Positions 52,791-64,000 of a DNA stretch of 64,000 nt are shown in pieces. Made by a program: the position numbers and the translations under genes. This DNA is from Mytilus californianus (taxonomy: Eukaryota). The stretch covers positions 58,528,001-58,592,000 of the forward strand of contig NW_026262745.1 of assembly GCF_021869535.1 (NCBI RefSeq), in the 5' to 3' direction. The notes under the pieces are model-generated. The model saw only the letters and a list, made by a program, of their open reading frames with translations, was not told the origin of the DNA and did no database searches. Position 1 is the stretch's first letter; every line of letters begins with the position of its first letter.

Positions 52791-53852
52791 TCAAGTCCCG
52801 TTATTTTTTGTAGGCTTGGCTTTTCGACAAAAAAGCGACTTGATTTCATTTCTGTAGACTTCGCCTGTCTTGTAATATATGATGAAATTGATGCAAGAAT
52901 TTACCACTACCGGAATGTAGCCTACAGACATTGCAACTTCAAAAATGTTACTCGTGTATTTATATGGCGTCATTCCTATGAAAATAATGATCATCAATAT
53001 TCCAGTGGGCAGCTGACAGACGAAAAACGAAAATGTTAGAAACAAGAGCGTTCTCGTGACCTGCATCTCTTTCTGATTGGATGTTACTTGCGAACTGGTA
53101 GTCATTTTAACGCGACGTCTAGCGGATGTCAAAACAACACTTCCGGTTATGGTGCTGGATAGCATGACTCCAAAAACCGGAACAAACTTGAACAATATAG
53201 CCATGGTTATGTAGAAAGATTCCGAAAACGCTTCATTTCTTCCTAATTTTGTTGGATGAATTAAATAAACAAAACTTTCCGTTTTATTGGAGTAAATTTC
53301 TTTTGTTCGATAAATAAAGAGTAATGGCAAGCAAATTGTAAACGTAAAAATATAGACAAATGCAACAGCAATAATGGCATATTTCTTGGAAGAGTATTGC
53401 TTAATTTTCATTGGTTGAAGCACACAAAAGAGCCGCTCCAAGGAAATCAAAAGTGTGATTGTATTACCAATGCGTGCAGGAATAGCATTGAAGTACGTAT
53501 CAAAGTAAGGAATAATTTGTATTCTCTGCTGAATAGTAAACGGAATTTGATAGTATGAAGACGCGGTAGAAAGAGAGTTCATGGCAGCCACAAGTAAAAT
53601 TAAACTATCAGTAATAGCCAATGCGAAGAGCAAGACAACGGTTGACGTAATCGTTTTAAGCTTGTAAAACATTATGCAACATAGAGTATTTAACACCAGT
53701 CCAACGAGTACTAACACTGGAATAACCCCACAAAATATTAATGTCTTAATCATCTGCACGGTGTCTTTGGGTATAACATAATATCCGGATCCGGTATGTT
53801 TCGTTGTGTTCGACATCTGAGTCATCTGCGTCGTTTGTACGTTTGCATTCAT
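52791..53852 (-). CDS. Intronless rhodopsin-like (class A) GPCR, FMRFamide/peptide-receptor-like (353 aa from first ATG)
   Basis: Seven hydrophobic segments, including TM1 GLVLNTLCC, TM2 LFALAITDSLIL, TM3 LISLERL, TM6 FFVCQLP and TM7 VNSCINFIIY. The ORF-track start at 53870 is TTG; the first ATG is at 53852. Confidence 0.92.
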   Translation of the reverse strand: MNANVQTTQMTQMSNTTKHTGSGYYVIPKDTVQMIKTLIFCGVIPVLVLVGLVLNTLCCIMFYKLKTITSTVVLLFALAITDSLILLVAAMNSLSTASSYYQIPFTIQQRIQIIPYFDTYFNAIPARIGNTITLLISLERLFCVLQPMKIKQYSSKKYAIIAVAFVYIFTFTICLPLLFIYRTKEIYSNKTESFVYLIHPTKLGRNEAFSESFYITMAILFKFVPVFGVMLSSTITGSVVLTSARRRVKMTTSSQVTSNQKEMQVTRTLLFLTFSFFVCQLPTGILMIIIFIGMTPYKYTSNIFEVAMSVGYIPVVVNSCINFIIYYKTGEVYRNEIKSLFCRKAKPTKNNGT

Positions 53853-55499
53853 CGTACAGCTAATATTCAAATGCGATTGATATTATTTCCAACACCGAAT
53901 GTCCGAATATATATAAATATAACAAACTGATGATAAAACAAGAATGTTATTATTGTTGTTAATTTTCGTGACTAAAATTGTTATATCAATAAAAGAAATA
54001 GCAAGAATCAAGCGTATTTCCGGTTACAGCAAATCATATACGCCCGTAACCGACCCATGCAATATTTATAACAAAAGCTAGTCACATGACAATTTGTTAA
54101 ATTAACGTAATTAGCAAAATAATTGAATTCAGTACGGGCTACATAAAGTACAAACTCTTTCCATATTATTATAATCACATGTATCATAGAACGAAATTCC
54201 AATAAGAACTCGTTAGTTCTGAGTACACTGCCAGATATTTTCTAGATGCCCTATAATTTTGACGATAAATAACAAAATTCAGAAATATATTCATTTTAAT
54301 TTTCATAAAGTTTGTAATTGTTTGCTTTTATGAAATATTCTTCGATGATCTAATATACCTTTTATCTTTTGGCCGTTTGTAAATTTTGACACCGAGGTTA
54401 CAATCTTTAATTTTACCAATCTATCAAAGACACAAAATTAAAATCTTTAGTGCGATTTTCTTATTCGTGAGCTTGCGAGCTTCAATTATAGCATAGACAA
54501 AGTCTTGCACTTAGATTCTGAGGTTCTTTTTATGCATGGTTCGCTGGTTAAAGAATTAATATATAATGGATTAAACAAATAGTTACTTTGAATAGTCTTA
54601 CGTAAAATAACGTTTCATAAATTATAGAATATTGATTCATACAATATATAACATTATACATAGCAATATGAAGATGTGGCATGGTTGCAAATGAGACATC
54701 GATTTACACCGTAGGCCAACATGACGAGCTTGAGAATGTCATGAACTGTAGTAGTGAATTCACAAATAACCAAAGAAAATACCGCGAAGTAAACTATAAA
54801 TAATGAAGACATGAACCAACGACAACTACTGAACTACAGACTCCTGACTTGGAACAGGCACATACATAATGTGGCGGGGTTAAAAATGTTTGTGAGCGTC
54901 CAACTTTTTCCTGGTTCAGTGGTGTAACAGCACACCAAAGAACAAACTTTACAAATCAGTTGAAAAAGGCTATACTCATCGGCTCGATAACATAAAACAA
55001 AAACACAGACAGGACTTGGCAGGGTATTTCTATCCATCACCCCTAACAACAAAAAAGACACTAAGTACAGATCTGAGAGTACTCGCAGTTACTTACAGCT
55101 AGAGTCGGTTCGAAAGGACATGATTGGTTCAAAACAGAACAGTAAATAATGAAAACAACAATTTATAAATATCATGCCCCCGAAACCCTTTTCTGGATTA
55201 AACTTCACCAGGAACGCTCAAAATCGTATATTTGAAAGCCCAAGTTTTATAACTGATGTTCTTGTTTGGTTTTTATTGAATAGAGAATAATGGGTATAAA
55301 ATTATAATACATTTGAAAAAAAAGAATGGAGAACAATGGACCAAAAACAATAACAGTAGAGAACAATGGAGTGCACAATTATAAAGAATAGAGTATAATG
55401 GACCAAAAATATAAAGAATAGAGAAAAAAGGGCGAGTAAATTAAAGACTTTCCAGATAGAAATTAAGGACCCCCTTTCCAAGCATCATAACTTGCAGAT

Positions 55500-56062
55500 C
55501 GACAAATGATACAAATAACCGATCTTGGTAGGTAATGACGTTGCTAACGTAAAGTGTTATCAAACTGTGACATACCGGGAAATGCGATTGTTTTCGACCG
55601 ATTTTAAACATTAGCTTGAAAACGAGTATTAGAAAATAAACACCATTTTTTAAAATGATAATTAGTTTGATAATGTATGAAGATTATTTGTACCAATTAT
55701 TATGGAAATTTTAAATCATGAAACTTTGATAAAAACGAATTATTTCCAAGGAATTGTGACACAAATTTAGAGTATACCTATGTAACGAAGATTCTCCAAA
55801 TACTTTTACAAAAATCTGATTGTGTTTTTTTTAGAACACAAAAGTGTAGTATGTCTATCCAAAGGATAGAAATGTCCAAGAAACCGAAATTTGAGAAAAT
55901 ACATCAATTCAGACCCGGGTCCTTTTATCTCTATAAGTAGCACATGAAGGTACATTTTTTATTACATATTTGAATAGACTAGGTGATAAAACTTTTAAGC
56001 TTGTCTGCAAATTTTCGTAAATAAATCACCGTGGGATTTAAACTGTATTATATGACCCTAGT
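55500..56062 (-). mobile_element. Uninterrupted copy of the element split at 16247-18868
   Basis: The reverse complement matches 16250-16390 (ATACAGTTT..CCACGGTGA..CCTTCATATGCTACTT..AGAGATAAA) and 18648-18850 (ATTGG(C/T)ACAAATAATCTTCATACA..ATCGGTCGAAAA..TTTCCCG(A/G)TATGTCACAGTTTGA). Confidence 0.65.
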
Positions 56063-56969
56063 GCCAGTTTAAGCACTATTGGCTTTTTTTTGTTGTGGCG
56101 GTCAGTTTTTATTGATGAAGGAAGCCGGAGTGCCCGTAGAAAACCGCCGACCTACGGCTGGAACTGAAACTAAGAAACATTGAAATCGAACGCACTTGCC
56201 ACGTGCGGGATTCGCACCTAAAGATCACTTTCCGTTACAAAGATATCGATATGAAAATACATTGCATATAATGGTTAAATTTTGCTGTGTATCTAGAGAT
56301 AAACAAACCAATTGTTTGTTTCTACAATGTTATTATGCTCAGTATACGTAGGTATTTTCAAATTTGCGGCAAACTTTCTTAATTAAAGTAAGTGTGTGAA
56401 AAATTGCACAGACGTGTACAAGGAAAAGTATAACACACGATTCAAATGGTGATATGAATTTTAGATTTTCAATAATATATCCTCATTAACTGCGACTATC
56501 TCTTAATATTTTGGTACATGTAATTGACAAGACAAAATCGATAATTCACTTTTATGACATAAACTGACATTTTTCCTGAAAGAATTTAATTTTGGGGCAA
56601 ATCATGACAAGATAGACAATATAAGAATTTTGCCGATTTTTACACGTTTGTCAATTTTAGAAATGTATTTCCAGAGTAGGTCTATTGGAACATATCCATG
56701 GCCATCTATGACACAGATACTCCATAATGGTCAACCTGAGCATCATGGCGTCCGTAGCACATTCAAATGAACGAAACTAACTTGCTATTAGAAACCACTG
56801 GTTCATTAGCTTCCTGTAAACAGCAATCGTCAACAAGAAAATTCATGATAGGATACGCAAACTCTGGAATATCGTATCAACTTGGAGCTATTTTTCCCGT
56901 ATGTAGGCGGGCTATATGGCGTATCAAATATATCCATTAACTAGTTATCAATTCATTCCTACAGAATAA

Positions 56970-57360
56970 GGATGTACTTACATGTACTAGGTGAAATTAA
57001 AAAATCTAGAATTTAAAATTGATAATATAAGTCAGAAGAGCATACGTTAAGAAATCAAATAAGCTAAAAATATTGATAGGTTATGGAACTCCTTTTCAAG
57101 ATATTTAATTTTAAAAATTGCGGGAAAAGCTGACTCGGACTTTCACCTTATATTTGCATTGTTATTATTTTGGTCTCAAATCGATAGAAAAGAAATCTAG
57201 AATCTGCTTAAATTTTGATAAATGACCTTTTATGAGCTATTGAAGTCTTATATGAAAAGAAAAATAGGTGTTACATGTATGGGGCAAAATATTTTACCCT
57301 GTATCGTAGGAAAAAAACAAGGAGTCCGAACATCTGACTAAAACTGACCTAAGTACATCC
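56970..57360. mobile_element. Kolobok-like MITE
   Basis: ATAA|GGATGTACTTA ... TAAGTACATCC|TTAA. The left target has one mismatch. Confidence 0.6.
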
Positions 57361-58594
57361 TTAAGTATCATTTTACCTGCATGTAAAGTTTCAAAAATAG
57401 TTCATTCATATTAAAAATTGATTGAAGTGGTTTAGATGATTTAGGAGTGTCTAATTTTCAATTTGGGCAACTGAAAATTACTTCAGTCAACAGTACCAGG
57501 GCTTTCTGTCATGCAGTCACATCTTCGAAGCAAAGAAGTTGAACGACCAGAGTGAATGCGCATGCTCCATATCAACCATTTCAAAAAGTAAAATTAGCCT
57601 ATACCGGACGGTATTGTCAAACTTGTCAAATTACTGCCGGATACCAGTCATTTTAACATTGGTTGGCATTATAGTTGACAATGCAGGGGCGGATCCAGCC
57701 ATTTTTAAAAATGGGGGTTCCAACCCAGGATAAAAGGGGGGAAGGGGGAGGAGAGGGGGGGGGGGGGGGTGGTTCCAACCATATGTCCCCATTCAAAAGC
57801 ATTGTACGTCAATAAAAAAGATGGGTTCCAACCCCCGGAACCCCCCCTTTCATTCAACCCTATTCTTCCTTTCTTCCTAAATCTGTGCGTAGGTCCTCTA
57901 CGAACATGTATTAAGAATAAGTAACACTATCTAACTATTTGTTTTGAATTCATACTTCCATGAAGTTAAACTAACACACTTATTAAGAAGGGTCTGAATA
58001 AGGTTTACAAAATAGAGATTAATGGGCCAAATCTATAGAATAGAGAATAACGGGACAACACTGCAGAAAAACAAGCCAAACAATAGAGAATAGAGAAAAA
58101 AGGCCGAAAAAATAAAGAATACAGAATAATGAGGTGATACAATATAAATGATAGAAAATACTGGGCAAAATTTATAAAGAATAGAGAAAAATGGCTTATA
58201 AAATTAAATAATACAGAATTCAAGGACCCCCTTTCAAACCCTCATGTAGTCATATATCTTCGCTCTAATTTACCATTTCAAGCTCTTGAGAATGACAATT
58301 AAATAGATATAACGAATGTGTAGATTAAAAAAAAATCTGTCTGTCTTACTTCTATACATATTATCATAAAAAACACTCTGAGAAATACCCTACATGTTTA
58401 TTGCAACGTGAATAATATTTCCTATCTCTGATGTAAGAGTACGACACGAAATCATCAATGCTTAGGTAGTTAAGACAGGTTCTTATCTCTTGGGTTCACA
58501 ACATATGGTCAAATCGAGGCGGTGTCAAAATTTGTTAAATTTGTAAAGATTATAATTTTCAGTTCACAGAGCCCCACTAAGCCATTTTGGAACA

Positions 58595-61500
58595 ATGAAG
58601 TGCTTATTAGCGTTGCTGCCCTTTATCTGTCTGGCTTCAGCCTCAGAAAATCTGGTTGACTGTGCGAACGCAGCCAATTTAACAACATTTACCAGTTTTG
58701 TCAACTCAGCTGGATTAACCGATGTACTTCGGGAACAAGGTAATTAGTATTTGCATATTCAGTTTTAATTCATATTTTTTATTATAACATTTTTTAATCG
58801 CCATGTGTTTTCGCTGATAAGAAAGATACGTCGAAAAACATGGCGATCGCAGTTCTCTACTAGATTTCTCGACCGTTAAAGGTGGAGAAAATAAGCGAAT
58901 AGGAGACGAATCAAAATCTAATTTCAATGTCTCGCCAGAAAAGCTCGACTCTTCGTTGAATGAGATTACAAAGATGAAAATTATATTTCCAGCTTTCATG
59001 ATTAAAGCTCATTAGATTATCAATTCGGCTTTAAACTGAACAATGTATGAGCATGAAATACGAATATGCTATAATTTCTCATGGACTCTCTTATAGTAAT
59101 CGCCTGTATCCGTCCGAATGATAAAGTTAGAATATCATTAAATCATTATAATTTTGTGTAATTTCTATTCTGTGAACAAATATTATCGATGTTAGACTTG
59201 AGTCGATTAGAGTTTGAAGTGTATTATAGAGATCTATAGACATCTGAATTTTTGTGTTTAAATATTCAATGTTGGCCTCTAGAGATTTGACTTGGTTTGC
59301 TTTGTTAGATATCTGTCTCACTGACATATACCAGGGATTTCCTTATAGTCATATCATCTGCATCTTTCGTCAGCCACATCGATTATCACCATACATTTAC
59401 GACCCCCCATTTACCATGTTTACAGTAATATATTTGAAATTTAAAGCCACTGTTTCGGATCTTTACGATTCATGCTTGAAAGATAACCAGTTTTGATAAA
59501 TTCTACAATTTTGTTTAACTGTAAGATACAAGTTATATAGGGAGCTAGGGGGGTGGGGTAGGATGAAAAATTATGTCCTGCATTTTTTTTAGCTGAAATC
59601 TCTGTCCTGCCTTTTTATTTTTAACTTAATCCGGCCCTGCCTTTTTTTTAATCAAACTGACTCCTGTCCTGCCTTTTTTCAAATTTCATCCTAGCCCTCC
59701 TATTAATATCAAATGGTAGCTCATTTACATTGTACGTGTACTTTTTTTTGTTGTTTTTGGTATTTTATACGATTAATGGGCATATCCTTGATCTCCTAAA
59801 TTGGAGGTTTAATAAGAAGACATACAGATACATGCATATCATGAAAGAAATACACATCTACTGTTTCTTATAGGTCCATTTACTCTAATCGTTCCAACCA
59901 ATGAAGCATTCGCTAAGCTTCCACCCGCAACAGTTGCATCCTTACAGAAGGATTCCAGTGCCCTCGCAAACGTTCTCCAGTACCATGTGGTGAAAGGAAG
60001 TATCTACAGTTGGGACATGGTTTCCGGTGAAATTCTTAGCAGTTTAAATGGCCACTACATCCGGGTCTATTCTCAAGGAAGTGTAAGTTTCAATATAAAA
60101 TGAAAATTTAAACATATATAAAAAAAATAGCGCTTTTCAAATTAAAATTCTAATAAACATCAATAAAAGTGGTGTTCATTTGATAAAATGCATATATTTA
60201 ATTGTATAACACTGCAGTATACATAGATATATGAACAATATTGCTTGGTTTTCTATCTTCTTTTTTCTTATTTTCTTTTATTCTCTCAATTGATTTTACT
60301 CCTGCCATATGTGACCAGATGTATTGATACTTTGATTAAATTTTAAGCAATAAATTTCCGTTGTAAATTCGCTAATATAAAAACCGTTTTACCTGCATAA
60401 TACATTTACATAATATATAATGATTAAAACACTGATGGACAGTTTTTTTAAGCTGTCTTTTGTTCTAAGATAGTTGTTTCTTACTAAAAAAAGGGAGGCG
60501 AAAGATTCCAAAGGGACATTCGGACTCATAAGTCGAAAATGACAACGCCATGGCTAAGATAGAAAAAGACATATAACAGTACACAAAACACAATATTGAA
60601 GACTAAAGACTGAGCACGTAGAGGTGCTCCGGAAGGGCTGAACAGATCCTGTTATACATATGGCACCCGTCATGTTGCTCATTTAAATACAAGTACGCTG
60701 ATAAATTTAATTCGGTAGGGAAAAGTGGAAGGGAATGTAGTAAAGGACTAAAAAGGGATGACAACAGATCTTTCGAAATCTTTCACAATGAATTGTGTAA
60801 AAAGTGCGCTGTATATTTAAATTGATACATTGTATTTGAAAATCATTGTCAATATTTGAAAATGTAATTAAGGGTGATCTTGATATTTAATTTCCTATAT
60901 GAATATCTCTTTTGTAGTCTCTGTATTTCAACCAAGCTAAAGTAACAAAAGTAGATCTTCAATGCTCAAACGGAGTTATCTACCTTGTTGATGAAGTTCT
61001 AAATGTGCCAGAAGGAACTATTGTTGACGTCATAAAGAACCCGGATTATAACATCAGTGGATTTATGGAATTTCTAGAGGCAGCCAAATTGACTGATGTC
61101 TTCAATCGAACTAGTATGTAAAACATCTTCTATTTATTTTAAGAATTGAATGCTTCTTTTTTGTAAATTCATTGGGGTGTAAAAGCGTTGACCGAAGTAC
61201 ATTTTGTATGAAGCACGGAAACGCTTCATTCTAAAAATGTGCGCACAATCAACGCTTTTACAACCCTATTAAATTACTAAAAGAAGCATTCAATACTTAT
61301 AATTACATTTCTTAGCTAGGATCATGATTTCAATCAAGTTTTTCTTTTATTTACCTGTGCACTTTATTGTGGGAACTCGTGTCATCATGAATATTGCATT
61401 TCATTTTGAAATTTTGAAATGAAGGTTAATTTCAGAATGACGCGAGATTGCAGTTAGCTAATCAAATAATAAAAATAACGTTATCATTATGAAACAAACA

Positions 61501-62500
61501 TGCAATGTAATTATTAAAGGGAAACAATCAACTATAGTTTTTTTTTTTAACGCAAGTACAAAAACATGAAAATATACGAACGAATAAACACATGAAAACA
61601 AAAAAAAATCAACTTTTGTTTCAATCAGTTTCCAGTTTTCCAAAAGTAAAAACATCTTATAATGGAGAAACGTTTTTCGTCATATCATTGCGTTTTTTTT
61701 TCAGTACGACGGTGACCAGTATACAGAGGTATAGTCTCAAATCGGTTCTTCTGCCATTTATATGCTCCCTTCGGCAGCATATCAATGTTGTGTCGGGGAA
61801 ATCAGCATCTGATTTTGATAATATAAGAGTTGTAATATCTGTCTTATCTTTAAGGTTCACAGAGATATACAATGTTTGTTCCATCTAATGCTGCTATCGC
61901 TAGTCTGGATGCTGATTATATCACAAAATTGAAAAGCAGCTACATTTATGCTAGACGTAAGTGAACCATTAATTGTACCTGTTACCTGTTACCTATTCTG
62001 TATATTCCACCTTTTCCAGATGAACCACTTCAGTTGGTAAATCCTCTTGAAGTGTAGAATCCCTTATCCTATATTTATTGCATATTCACATTCGTATTAA
62101 AGACTTCTTCTTTATACACTTATACACACCGCCACCACACTTATTTAAAAGTATTTAAACTGTATATACAGTCATATATTAAAATCTAAAACTTGATAGA
62201 TGCATTAAATGTCATTTTGTCCATTATCTCACTTGTGCCTCTTTCCTCATCAATAGAATATATATACATGTATCCACAATGCACATTGACTGTAAAACTT
62301 GCTCATATCAGCAAATGTCTGTTTCTCCTTTCTTATACTTATGACTACTCGTAGGATGCACATTAAAGTCCTAAACCATGCTCTTAGTATACCCCTTTCA
62401 AGAGAACCTTCTTACATACTTATTAATACTTAAGGTATTTAAATCATTTATCACAGTTACATGTACTTATGACTTAGCGACAAATACATATTTAAAATCT

Positions 62501-62531
<31 letters not shown>

Positions 62532-63570
62532 AAAATTTTCACCCATCATATAAGCTTTAATTATAACCACCTGACTGATTTGTTTGAAATATTAAAATCT
62601 ACCATCATTGTACTTAAATGTTACTGTAGTTCCGAGATATTCCGTTTTACCGCGTCTGGTTTCTTTTTACTCACAACTGAAAGTCACGTGATACCGTCAA
62701 AAATGTTTAAAGCACTGTTGGGATTAATTAATACAACATCGTCTGCATAAACACACCAACAAATGGACGAGCCGCTCTACGAGAAGTTTTCATCAGAGCA
62801 AGCGGGTTCAATCAACAATGAATAGCGTGGTCTACTATTTCAAGGGCAAATTCCCAAACAAAATTTCCGTTATATCATGTATATTTAATTTCCAAAGATA
62901 ATTGAATTAAAGACAATCAGTCGATTTTTGCTGTTATCTTTGGATTTGATATTTTTGACTCTTAGGCTAACCGTGTACAGTTTACTTGGTAATTTTTATT
63001 CCTGAAACAAGTCTAGCGAGAACTAAACTCGCTTTTTCACGGCTATTAGAACATACAATCTATCTGCAAAAAGCTATGCTGTAAATATGACCCTCTCCTT
63101 TCGGTTAGCACACAATGCCTTGTTTTGATTTTGACAAAACATTGGATTTTCGTGCCTGACGTTATAACTGAATTTGCAGCGTTAGTTGTATGTTAAACGA
63201 CGCCGAAAATCAATATGGACAGTTCTGTGGGTTTGTCTAGGAATAGCAGGAATTTCAACGATAATATAATATATAAAAGTCGAGAAATATAAGGGTTGCT
63301 AGGCACACATGTTTTTTTTAACTATCTAGGAAAAATCTAGAGGAGTTCACATATTAAGGGAAAATGTAAAATCTGAGAAGCGTACCGTACCTTCTTAATT
63401 ATATTTATTTTTATGTTGTATCGTCAGGATTCAACTGACGTCATTTTTTGTTTTAGATATTGTTGATTATCATGTTCACCCAGGAACAATTCACGAGAAG
63501 AGCTTAGACCATGCAGGAACACTGTCTACAATGTACAGGGGACATAGCATTAGTGTTACCGTTGATAGTA
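58595..63570 (+). CDS. Secreted two-FAS1 domain protein, paralog D (3'-partial, five of six exons)
   Basis: Exons 58595-58739, 59874-60082, 60918-61113, 61855-61956, 63457-63570 (phases 1,0,1,1,1). Signal peptide MKCLLALLPFICLASA. Motifs GPFTLIVPTNEAF, VLQYHVVKG, SNGVIYLVDEVLNVP, RYTMFVPSNAAI and IVDYHVHPG. The last exon is not in the window. Confidence 0.92.
61141..61310. repeat. ~170-bp imperfect palindrome in intron 3 of gene D
   Basis: AAGAATTGAATGCTTCTTTT..GGGGTGTAAAAGCGTTGA..ATGAAGC / GCTTCAT..TCAACGCTTTTACAACCC..AAAAGAAGCATTCAATACTT. Confidence 0.75.
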
Positions 63571-64000
63571 GTAAGATTTTGTTTTCTATAATTCAATCTG
63601 AGCACAGATGTACTAATTTTGACGATATTACCCTTGTAAAGAGTTGGTGACGGTGTTTTTATTAGTACTAAAAAGATGATTCTCTCTTAAAAGTTTTGAA
63701 TTTAGTTATTTTTGCAGTAACTAAGACCATTGCAACTACCTAAAACGGCGAAGAGGTGGGAACAGTTCCCTTTGTATCTGTTTTAACATATGTGTCAAAA
63801 ATCTGGGAAGATTTTAAAAGCCTAATTAGAGAGTCTGTATAATATCCTCACACAAATTATCAACAATTTTACTAATTTTTTTTACATAAAAATGGTTTTC
63901 AATGCTACATATTGCTGTGTTTGTAAAATATTTCTGGTTGGACGTCTCTTACAAAAATAGATTAATCTGTATTCGAATTATAATACTAAAATAATTGTAC

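Noticed and set aside
53853-53870. N-terminal MNISCT extension of the GPCR in the ORF track
   Set aside because: It starts at TTG; the first ATG is at 53852.
56680-56945. GC-richer patch with coding-like composition
   Set aside because: All inspected frames are interrupted by stops and no motif is recognisable.

Overview
AT-rich eukaryotic genomic DNA with GT-AG spliceosomal introns and dense short transposon relics. The repeat families resemble those I recall from mytilid bivalves (Mytilus-like); this assignment is an inference. Protein genes reconstructed by hand: (1) the 3' five coding exons of DNAAF6/PIH1D3 (612-9115, +); (2) a single-coding-exon, secreted, Cys-free, about 14% Met orphan protein (14288-15130, +); (3) four paralogous six-exon genes for small secreted proteins with two fasciclin (FAS1) domains: A 19675-26600 (+), B 38387-30019 (-), C 50063-43614 (-), and D from 58595 (+, last exon beyond the window); (4) an intronless FMRFamide-receptor-like class A GPCR (53852-52791, -) inside the cluster, plus a possible decayed GPCR relic between B and C. 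Non-coding DNA carries Helentron/DINE-like elements with internal satellites, two IS3EU-like elements (TAC..GTA ends, 6-bp TSDs, internal 18-21 bp arrays), Mutator-, Harbinger-, Kolobok- and hAT-like MITEs, tRNA-derived SINEs and minisatellites. No rRNA, intact tRNA or CRISPR was found. The best candidates for undescribed biology are the sym32-like FAS1 quartet with an embedded GPCR and the neighbouring Met-rich secreted orphan.
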